This document shows, piece after piece, positions 1 through 7,072 of a DNA stretch of 10,753 nt. Within the stretch, counting starts at the first letter, position 1. The number at the start of each line of letters is the position of its first letter. The position numbers and the translations under genes were made by a program. Origin of the DNA: Candidatus Methanomethylicia archaeon (lineage in GTDB: Archaea; Thermoproteota; Methanomethylicia; CALHIW01); contig JAWBQF010000045.1 in NCBI GenBank assembly GCA_038845975.1, positions 1 through 10,753 on the forward strand, in the 5' to 3' direction. The notes beneath the pieces are model-generated. The model searched no databases, was not told where the DNA came from, and saw nothing but the letters and a program-made list of their open reading frames with translations.

Positions 1-220
1 GCTCCAACGTTAACGGTCACGTGTTCCAGCTTCTAACCAAAGCCTTACGGCCTCGTGGCTACATGGAATAACTCTCAGAACGTAGGTTACTTCCCTATAG
101 CTTAGGCCAGCCATATAAGCAGAACTGCCCTAACCTTCATCTGGAGCGAAAACCTATCAATCCTAACAAACCACTATTCTTAAGGGCTTTGAGGAGCCAC
201 CTAATGGTGATCACCTCCAA
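1..220 (-). pseudogene. IS6-family transposase N-terminal (HTH) fragment with at least three frameshifts
   Basis: Joining frames gives RWLLKALKNSG / VRIDRFSLQMKVRAVLL / MAGLSYREVTYVLRVIPCSHEAVRLW / LEHVTVNV. The K..A..L(Y)..GLSYR....L.....SH.AV..W pattern is the typical archaeal IS6 transposase N-terminus. Frame breaks fall near 170, 117 and 35. Confidence 0.8.
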
Positions 221-244
221 AAGCGGCTTCTCAAAGCTCCCTAA
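180..244. repeat. Long imperfect inverted repeat (hairpin) spanning the transposase translation-initiation region
   Basis: GCTTTGAGGAGCC (186-198) and GGCTTCTCAAAGC (225-237) are complementary at 12 of 13 positions. Pairing extends with G-U pairs inward and out to 180/244. A perfect palindrome GGTGATCACC lies at 206-215, in the middle. Confidence 0.85.
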
Positions 245-269
245 AAATAACTTGACAGTATCGGTAAGG

Positions 270-290
270 TTTATAATAATATTTAAATAA
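270..290 (+). promoter_or_regulatory. Candidate archaeal TATA box(es) for the plus-strand cluster
   Basis: TTTATAAT near 270-277 and TTTAAATA at 282-289, about 21-28 nt upstream of ATG 310. The AT-rich background lowers specificity. Confidence 0.45.
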
Positions 291-309
291 CTATTAAGTA
301 AATTATCTT

Positions 310-1494
310 ATGCCTTTATCTCATCTTCCTCATGAGATTAAGGACTTAGGAGGGAACATGACCCACGAAGCTAGTGATTTTTTCACATTAATTAGTAATT
401 TAACGCATAAACAGTATGAAATTGTTCCATGTATTGTTAAAGTGGTAACCAACCTAGATAAATATATAAATTCATTTCAACTTGGGGAATTGCTTAATAT
501 AGCTAAAATATATGAGACCAATGCTAATGTTGTTAAGGTGTATTTTCTTGCATTAAGGAATATTAGTAGAATTATTGAAAAATATTTTAAGCTAAGACAT
601 GTATATGGAGGTACTGTGTTTACCATGATGGATGGTGTTCATGGAATTTATAAAGTCTTTAATACCCGTTTATTTAAGATGGAGACAGCATTAATTGATT
701 TAGAGAATACACCTGTTCTAATTGTAAATAGCTTTTATCATAGGTTTATTAAACATGGATTAGGTTCATGGATGCCTACTGGACGAAGATTAACAAATGT
801 AATCCATGCAAAAATGCTTCTAACTGATCTCTCTCTTATTCATGGTGCAGCAATAGAGCATAGTAATAGCAAATCTTTAGTCTTTATAGCTGGATCTAAT
901 GTAGGTAAGTCTAGTCTAGTATTCAATATTGCGTTGGAGAATGGACTAGGGGTTTACGCAGAGGACATGTTTGCTACAGATGGTAGGTATATCTATCCAT
1001 GTCCATATACAACAACCTACCTAAGGAATATTGAAATACTAAGAAAATTAAGAGGCAGTATTCTTAGCGCTTACAAATACTTGATACTTCGTCTTATAGG
1101 TCATTTAAATCCTATAGATTTAATGTGGAGTTATATGTTAAGCATAGCAGAGGAGGATCTTACAAATATTTCCAGAAAAATATTTCGACAAACACCCTCT
1201 GAAGCTGACATGGTAGTATTCCTGGAAAAAGCTAAAAATAATCAATTGACAACTATAGATGATAGACATGCAATAAATAGGGTTCTATTTAATAATAGGC
1301 TTGAATTTGATTATTATCGAGATATACTTATATCAGTATATTCTATTGTTAATGAAAATATAAATGTGGAAATGCTTTTGAGAAAGGAAGAGGAAGTAGT
1401 GGATAGACTGATAAGAAATGCTAAGGATTTATTTCTAATACAATTTAATAACTTTGAAGAGCTTTACAAGCTTATACAAAAAATCATAACTTAA
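310..1494 (+). CDS. HPr kinase/phosphorylase-like (HprK-related) P-loop kinase
   Basis: LIHGAAI (conserved His, nt 841), Walker A AGSNVGKS (GKS at 904-912) and an acidic pair YAED (961-966). The spacing matches the HPrK H...GxxxxGKS...DD signature. The real start may be ATG 358, which has SD GGAGG at 349-353. Confidence 0.7.
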   Translation: MPLSHLPHEIKDLGGNMTHEASDFFTLISNLTHKQYEIVPCIVKVVTNLDKYINSFQLGELLNIAKIYETNANVVKVYFLALRNISRIIEKYFKLRHVYGGTVFTMMDGVHGIYKVFNTRLFKMETALIDLENTPVLIVNSFYHRFIKHGLGSWMPTGRRLTNVIHAKMLLTDLSLIHGAAIEHSNSKSLVFIAGSNVGKSSLVFNIALENGLGVYAEDMFATDGRYIYPCPYTTTYLRNIEILRKLRGSILSAYKYLILRLIGHLNPIDLMWSYMLSIAEEDLTNISRKIFRQTPSEADMVVFLEKAKNNQLTTIDDRHAINRVLFNNRLEFDYYRDILISVYSIVNENINVEMLLRKEEEVVDRLIRNAKDLFLIQFNNFEELYKLIQKIIT

Positions 1495-1516
1495 ATCCTG
1501 AGTAGTATTCATAGGA

Positions 1517-2662
1517 ATGATTATGACAGCTATACTATTCATTAAACCCATCATTGGACTTGGTGGAGCGACCCAATGGCTAATTACTGTGTCAAGATAT
1601 CTTTTGCAACATAATCATGAAGTTACTATAGCTTTTTCATCCATAGTTCCTGAGGCTAAATTAAAAGTCATAAAGGGAGATTTTAATATGTTTAAGCTAA
1701 ATAGTTTAAAAATCGCAGGCTTGCTCACACCTATGATATTTGACATCATAAAACTAGCTGAACTAATTAGTGAATCTGATACTGTGTATGTAGATTATGC
1801 TCCTCCCAATGACATATTAACACTAGTATCTCTTAGAAAAAGTAAACTAAAGAAATCACCAAAACGGCAGAAAATTATTCTTGGCTTTCATACCAACCCT
1901 CTTCAAAGAAATGTAAAGCTCTTCTTCTATCGGAAAGTTGTAGGAGAGAGAGTGGTTAGGAGATATTCCTTTTTCCATGTTATAAATAGATCAATATATT
2001 TCTGGTTAAAGAAATTAGGAATAGATTCAAATAGAATTTACTTCATACCTAATTTTGTAGATACTGAATACTTTACAATTATGAATAGAGTGAAATCTGA
2101 AGATACGTTTAATATTTTATATGTTGGAAGATTAGAGAAAAATAAGGGGATCCATTACTTAGTAGAGATCATACGAAGAATAAATGAGTCTTCCACTCTT
2201 AAAAAAAATATACGTATTCGAATAGCTGGAAGTGGAAGTTATTTAAAAAGTATACTTAACTTATCGCAAAAATTTAGAAATGTAGAGTATTTTGGTTTTG
2301 TATGTAGAGATCTTTTACTAGAGCTTTACCAATCATCCCATATGCTACTATTTCCATCAGAAGATGAGGTTATGCCCCTAAGTGTTCTTGAAGCTCAATC
2401 ATGCGGATTACCTGTTGTAGGATTTAAATGTGACGGAATGATGCACATCATCTCCAATAGAAATACAGGATTTCTAGCCCAAAAGGGAAATACAGTAGAG
2501 CTTTTTGAATTAACTAAAAGAATATACCATTATTGGACACAAAATACTGATGATTTCAAGAATTGGAGGGAAAGAATTAGAAGGAACATCGTTAAAAATT
2601 ATGATTGTAGAAAGCTGCTTCCGGAGATTGAGAAAATGTTAAGCAATACTTATAACACTTAA
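1517..2662 (+). CDS. Glycosyltransferase family 4 (GT-B fold, retaining)
   Basis: N-terminal GGATQW...L....HEVTI, IPNFVD, ILYVGRLEKNKG, EX7E motif EVMPLSVLEAQSCGLPVV (2366-2392), NTGFL and a C-terminal helix. Confidence 0.95.
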   Translation: MIMTAILFIKPIIGLGGATQWLITVSRYLLQHNHEVTIAFSSIVPEAKLKVIKGDFNMFKLNSLKIAGLLTPMIFDIIKLAELISESDTVYVDYAPPNDILTLVSLRKSKLKKSPKRQKIILGFHTNPLQRNVKLFFYRKVVGERVVRRYSFFHVINRSIYFWLKKLGIDSNRIYFIPNFVDTEYFTIMNRVKSEDTFNILYVGRLEKNKGIHYLVEIIRRINESSTLKKNIRIRIAGSGSYLKSILNLSQKFRNVEYFGFVCRDLLLELYQSSHMLLFPSEDEVMPLSVLEAQSCGLPVVGFKCDGMMHIISNRNTGFLAQKGNTVELFELTKRIYHYWTQNTDDFKNWRERIRRNIVKNYDCRKLLPEIEKMLSNTYNT

Positions 2663-2691
2663 GAAATCATCTTAAAGGATGGGAAAGTTGA

Positions 2692-3252
2692 AGAAACGGG
2701 TCTATTTGCATATCTAAGTTAATTGAAGATTTTGCTCTATGGCTTAATTATTATGATATATCCTATCTTTGCTTTAATATTAATAGAAATTAAAGTAATA
2801 AAGAGTAAAACCATCTTCCTGCTTGTTGGAGGTGGGCTGTTAAAGAACATAACTATTAGGGAACTTAGCCAATATGATAATTGCGTGTTTATAGATTTGG
2901 TTCAAAGAGAATGTATTCATGAGCTTTACATCAGACATATTTATTCTATCTTCGAAATGGTATGAAACATTCTCTATAACAGCTCTTGAAGTAATGGCCG
3001 CTGAACTATATATAATTGCTTCAAGAAGAGATGGCTTACTTAATATTCTGGAAGAGTATAAAAGAAAGAAATATTTAAAGGAACCTACCGTAAGAGAGAT
3101 GGTGAAAACACTTAGCAATATTATAACTAACTGGTATCTATATAGATGGGATGGTTAAGGTATGTAATGAAATGAATAGATTTAACTGGCCCTACACAGC
3201 ATCTAAAATAGAAAACTTATATAGAAGAACTTTAGAAAATAGATATCAGTAA
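2692..3252 (+). pseudogene. Decayed GT4 glycosyltransferase: C-terminal domain split by frameshifts, N-terminal domain mostly lost
   Basis: Three consecutive segments separated by frameshifts: FLLVGGGLLK...CVFIDLVQRECIHELY (ORF 2723-2965); SDIFILSSKWYETFSITALEVMAAELYIIAS with EX7E (ORF 2919-3158); and RFNWPYTASKIENLYRRTLENRYQ* (3151-3252, not in the ORF track), the typical GT4 terminal helix. The stop lies 8 nt before the next gene. The 5' boundary is uncertain. Confidence 0.88.
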
Positions 3253-3260
3253 GATAGATT

Positions 3261-5825
3261 ATGTGTAGTGTGTTTCCTTTAAAGATATGGAGGAAAAATG
3301 AATTTGCTATCTCCCCCCTACTGTTCTTTGAATTTGCTTACCTTTTATTATCATATATATCTGCTCCTCCACTGTTAATGGCCCTCATCATCTTCCCTGG
3401 ATTGTTTATGGTTCCAGGAATGGTTTTATTGATGATCTTAAAAGATAGGATTGATGGAGGTATATCGAGGCTTATTGTTGAAGGCTTCTTCATATCTATA
3501 ATTTTGACCGTTATGTTAACATCTATAATGATCATCTTCAGTATTCCCTTAACTCCACTTACTTACTCAATATCAACATTTACCATCACATTAATACTTA
3601 TACTAATAGGGTTAGCTAGAAAGGTTAAAATTAAGCTTAATAATAATGATTATCTCTTAATTCTTATAGTTCCCTCCATTTACATCATACTTTTACTTTT
3701 CTTCAATTCAATCCCACGCTTCTTCTCTCCTGATGAAACTTATTACATTTTTTCAGCGAGAATGCTTATATTAAATGGAACGGTACCTGTAATACCTTTT
3801 AAAAACGATGTTATCTCAATGTTCAGGGAGAGATATTTCTGGATATATCTTTTAGCCTCATTTCTAGGAGCAACAGGACTACCAGCATATCAAGCTGGTT
3901 TAGTTAGTATAGGCTTTCTAGTAATGACGGCTTTAGCGTCATCACTTATTCTTAAAGATAAATGGTTAAGAATAGCTGCGTTCATACTTATAATTACTAA
4001 TCCACTTCTACTTTCATTCTCAGCTTTAGCATTAAATGATTTAGTTATAACTTTTCTCTCTACATTTACGGTACTGTTTTTCATTAAATCGTTTCCTAAG
4101 GATACAAATTCAATTAGTATACCAAGTCTTTTACTTTCATTTTTAGGTGTTCTTATATTAGCTATGGTAAAGCTGAATATTATTATCTTTATAGCTATAT
4201 GGATAATTCTAATTTTTATAATTGTTAGGTATAAGCTATTTGAAATAAATAAATATAAGATACTACTACTAGTTTTACTAGTCCCTGTCCTGCTTTATGA
4301 GCTATGTATAGACATACCTTACGTTATCTTGTTGTGGATATTGAGGGATGAAGGTTCAGCAGCCTTGGTTAGTAGATTTATAATTATAGGTTTAGCTGAG
4401 CGTTTCGTAATGTGGTTTTCACCACCATGGTGGGATCAATCAATTCCAACCATATTTACATGTAGTTTTATTCAACATCTTGAATGTCTCTACCGTATCT
4501 TTATGCCTGAATCGCTAAGCTTAGTAGTTCCGGCTATGATATTAACTTCACCTCTTCTCCTAAAGAGGAGATCTATTAGAGTGGATGAGACCATGCTTAT
4601 TCTAATTACATTCATATCGTTAGCTCTATTTTATCCTGAGGCGGTGAGGCAGCAATTACTTGATGATGTTAGTAGGTACGGTCTCTTCATGATTCCGCTA
4701 TGGATTCCATTAACGTTAACTGTATTAAGGAGGGTTAAAGAGATGTTTACTATCCAATTTCCTCTTCAGATACTTACTACTTCCCTTCTCCTACTATGGA
4801 TTAATATTTGGATATCTAAAAGAATGGGGGGTGTATCTATCGGCTATAGGATCCCCTCAAGGATGTGGACTGTAGATTTAGTATTGATTCAGCTTATATT
4901 CATAGTAGTAGTAACTTTACTATTTCAAAGAAATATATTTCTAAATCTTAAATTAACAATTGCCAGAAAAACCTTCACGAAGCCTATTATACTAAAGTTA
5001 GGGGTTATGAGGAACATTACTCTTATATTTTTAATCATCTTGATGGTTCTGAATGGAATATATTTTGGCATCACATTTATTGGGGAGTCTGCACGATATG
5101 ATGATCATGGCTTCATAACATTAATTGATGTATTAAACATCTTTCCTACTAAAGGATTGATTTTCACTAATAATTACATATATATGAGATCATATGTAAA
5201 TGATGCTGTGATTCAACAAGGCTTACTACTTCCTCCTCCGGATAGTGAGAATGAATTATTTAATTTGATGGAGGCAGCACCTAATGGTACGCTCCTCCTT
5301 ATAAGCAATGATGCTGATTCAACATGGTATGAGTATGCAAATAAATATATAAAGCAATATATAAACCATGTAGAGATAAAACCTAGGGAGAATAGATACT
5401 CATGTTGTGCTACTAGGATATGTAGTTTATCTTTACCTAAGGGGAAGGTAGCATTATTCAACATCATAAATAATAAGACCAGTACTCAAAGTATTCTTAT
5501 TAGTAAGGTAAATGCAATTATTAATGAGAATCGAACAATTACACTTAATATAGATATTAATTCACTAGAATCAAAAAACGCTACAATCCTCATAGCTACA
5601 GATAGATCTACGCGAGTTTACACTCTATCTTTGAGTAGCGGTTTAAACAATGTGAATCTTCATTATCCATACATAGATCCTATAAGATTAGTTGTATTGG
5701 AAGACCATAATATTTCTTACAATGAATTCATTGTAAGAAATATACAGGCAACGAATACTCTTCTTTCATCATTATTACTAATAACTCTTATACTATACTT
5801 AACACTATATAGATTCCACCGGTAA
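3261..5825 (+). CDS. Large polytopic membrane protein, probable GT-C-fold glycosyltransferase (PMT/ArnT-like) with an extracellular C-terminal domain
   Basis: Many hydrophobic helices over about 600 aa. First large loop has FSPDETYY (DE at 3732-3737), followed by ALNDL, AMVKLN and SRYGLFMIP, as in lipid-linked-sugar transferases. A soluble domain carries sequons NGT, NKT, NRT, NAT and NIS, then a final TM helix with basic tail RFHR. Confidence 0.72.
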   Translation: MCSVFPLKIWRKNEFAISPLLFFEFAYLLLSYISAPPLLMALIIFPGLFMVPGMVLLMILKDRIDGGISRLIVEGFFISIILTVMLTSIMIIFSIPLTPLTYSISTFTITLILILIGLARKVKIKLNNNDYLLILIVPSIYIILLLFFNSIPRFFSPDETYYIFSARMLILNGTVPVIPFKNDVISMFRERYFWIYLLASFLGATGLPAYQAGLVSIGFLVMTALASSLILKDKWLRIAAFILIITNPLLLSFSALALNDLVITFLSTFTVLFFIKSFPKDTNSISIPSLLLSFLGVLILAMVKLNIIIFIAIWIILIFIIVRYKLFEINKYKILLLVLLVPVLLYELCIDIPYVILLWILRDEGSAALVSRFIIIGLAERFVMWFSPPWWDQSIPTIFTCSFIQHLECLYRIFMPESLSLVVPAMILTSPLLLKRRSIRVDETMLILITFISLALFYPEAVRQQLLDDVSRYGLFMIPLWIPLTLTVLRRVKEMFTIQFPLQILTTSLLLLWINIWISKRMGGVSIGYRIPSRMWTVDLVLIQLIFIVVVTLLFQRNIFLNLKLTIARKTFTKPIILKLGVMRNITLIFLIILMVLNGIYFGITFIGESARYDDHGFITLIDVLNIFPTKGLIFTNNYIYMRSYVNDAVIQQGLLLPPPDSENELFNLMEAAPNGTLLLISNDADSTWYEYANKYIKQYINHVEIKPRENRYSCCATRICSLSLPKGKVALFNIINNKTSTQSILISKVNAIINENRTITLNIDINSLESKNATILIATDRSTRVYTLSLSSGLNNVNLHYPYIDPIRLVVLEDHNISYNEFIVRNIQATNTLLSSLLLITLILYLTLYRFHR

Positions 5826-5843
5826 ATATATGAGACTTTGCAA

Positions 5844-5851
5844 TTTATATA
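5844..5851 (+). promoter_or_regulatory. Candidate TATA box (leaderless-type spacing) for the second GT4
   Basis: TTTATATA lies 19-26 nt upstream of ATG 5870 in a 44-nt intergenic gap, with no strong SD. Confidence 0.45.
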
Positions 5852-5869
5852 TATTTTGGTATTAATAAT

Positions 5870-7000
5870 ATGCGTGTATTAATACTTTATGCTGGATATA
5901 TTTCTAGGATTAGCGGTACTTCTGAAAGAGTATTTCAAATATCAAGGGGTTTAGCAAATCATGGAGTTCAAGTAATACTTTCAGGAGCAGTAAGATCCTA
6001 TTCTAAGCAACTAAATAGAAATTTACATCTTATAGCAATGCCAAATAGAGTATCGAAGCTTCTAGATATTGTTAATTGGATTATTAAGCTTATTATACAT
6101 GGGTTTATTAATAGGTATGATGTGGCTCAGATAGAGTCTTTCTCGCCATTTAGAACTCTTCTCCTCCTCATTTTACTTCATCCCTTCAGTAGAAGAGTTA
6201 TAACTGTATTTCATGATAGGGTGTTTAAGCATAATCCTAAAGGAAGTGTTTTAGGGCTTATTCGTTTAGCTTTAGTAAGGATATTGCTAGCTCTCTCTGA
6301 TGCTTCAATAACACCTGGATTAAGTGTGAAGAGGTTTTTCGAGGAGTTGTATGGTGAATCTGCATGTAAGAAGATCGTAGTAATACCTAATGGAGTTCCT
6401 AGCTTAAATGTTAAGAATGATATATATATACGTAGGAAGTATGGATTTAATTTAGATGTGTTTATCGTTCTTTTCTTTGGATCAATGGATTTCAAGCCGA
6501 ACTATGATGCAGCACTATTTCTCTATGAGAAATCAAGTTTTATCTCCACAAAATTTAAGGAGATTACAGGGAGAAAACTTGTTTTCATTGTTGCAGGTAT
6601 AGGTTCCAGTTTTCTCCCTAAATCAGAACATTTCATTCCATTAGGGTTTATAAGTGATCTTAATGAGTTGCTATCACTACCTAACGTTATAGTTCTTCCA
6701 CATGTACCATCTCATAGTGGCCCTCATGTAAAAACTATATATGCTTTCTTTAGTAGGAAACCTGTAATTGCTACAGATGATGCTGTTAAAGACCTACCTT
6801 ACGTTACTCCTGGGAAACACTTCTTACTCTTTAACATTAATAAACCGGAAACCCTATTAGAAGCTCTTATAAATCTATATAGTAACAAGGATTTAGTGAA
6901 AAATCTTGTCTCTAATGCATATATATACTCTAATAAGTTCTCATGGAGTTATATATCGCGAATACATTTAAGCCTCTATGTAAAGCTATTACAATATTAA
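5870..7000 (+). CDS. Glycosyltransferase family 4 with an atypical donor-binding motif
   Basis: SGTSERVFQISRGLANHGVQV, ITVFHD, VVIPNGV, FFGSMDFKPNYDAA, SGPHVKTIYAFFSRKPVIAT and FSWSYIS....LY. Confidence 0.92.
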   Translation: MRVLILYAGYISRISGTSERVFQISRGLANHGVQVILSGAVRSYSKQLNRNLHLIAMPNRVSKLLDIVNWIIKLIIHGFINRYDVAQIESFSPFRTLLLLILLHPFSRRVITVFHDRVFKHNPKGSVLGLIRLALVRILLALSDASITPGLSVKRFFEELYGESACKKIVVIPNGVPSLNVKNDIYIRRKYGFNLDVFIVLFFGSMDFKPNYDAALFLYEKSSFISTKFKEITGRKLVFIVAGIGSSFLPKSEHFIPLGFISDLNELLSLPNVIVLPHVPSHSGPHVKTIYAFFSRKPVIATDDAVKDLPYVTPGKHFLLFNINKPETLLEALINLYSNKDLVKNLVSNAYIYSNKFSWSYISRIHLSLYVKLLQY

Positions 7001-7037
7001 ATTCTACATGTCTGGATGTAATGAATGCTAAATATAG

Positions 7038-7045
7038 CTTAAATA
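7038..7045 (+). promoter_or_regulatory. Candidate TATA box for the secreted-protein gene
   Basis: CTTAAATA, preceded by A-rich AAATATAG, 28-35 nt upstream of ATG 7073. Confidence 0.4.
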
Positions 7046-7072
7046 TATATTTGAGGTATTAAGATATATTAT

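Larger units (their letters stand above)
1..262 (-). mobile_element. Left part of a degenerate IS6-family insertion sequence, running off the left edge of the window
   Basis: The minus strand starts GATACTGTCAAG at 262-251, resembling the xxxxCTGT ends of IS6-family terminal inverted repeats. It is followed by SD GGAGGTGA (218-211) and transposase-like coding sequence. Hand-counted GC is 115/240 (about 48%) over 1-240, clearly above the roughly 30% of the genes to the right. The composition break lies near 262. Confidence 0.8.

Noticed and set aside
310-1494. Lasso-peptide or RiPP cluster implied by the HprK-like kinase
   Set aside because: No asparagine-synthetase-like cyclase, PqqD/RRE protein, peptidase or precursor peptide is in the window.
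2840-3118. 92-aa minus-strand ORF
   Set aside because: It is antisense to the GT4 pseudogene, which has clear motifs on the plus strand, and has no recognisable features of its own.
2723-3158. ORFs 2723-2965 and 2919-3158 as independent small genes
   Set aside because: They are consecutive frameshifted pieces of one GT4 domain.
4428-4439. WWDQ motif suggesting the 854-aa protein is the oligosaccharyltransferase AglB
   Set aside because: The motif lies in a loop in the middle of the membrane region, not in the C-terminal soluble domain, and lacks the following YG. That is not enough to call aglB.
3338-5467. Short minus-strand ORFs 3338-3535, 3890-4084 and 5213-5467
   Set aside because: Shadow ORFs wholly inside the 854-aa membrane protein gene.
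6211-6495. 94-aa minus-strand ORF
   Set aside because: Shadow of the GT4 gene at 5870-7000.
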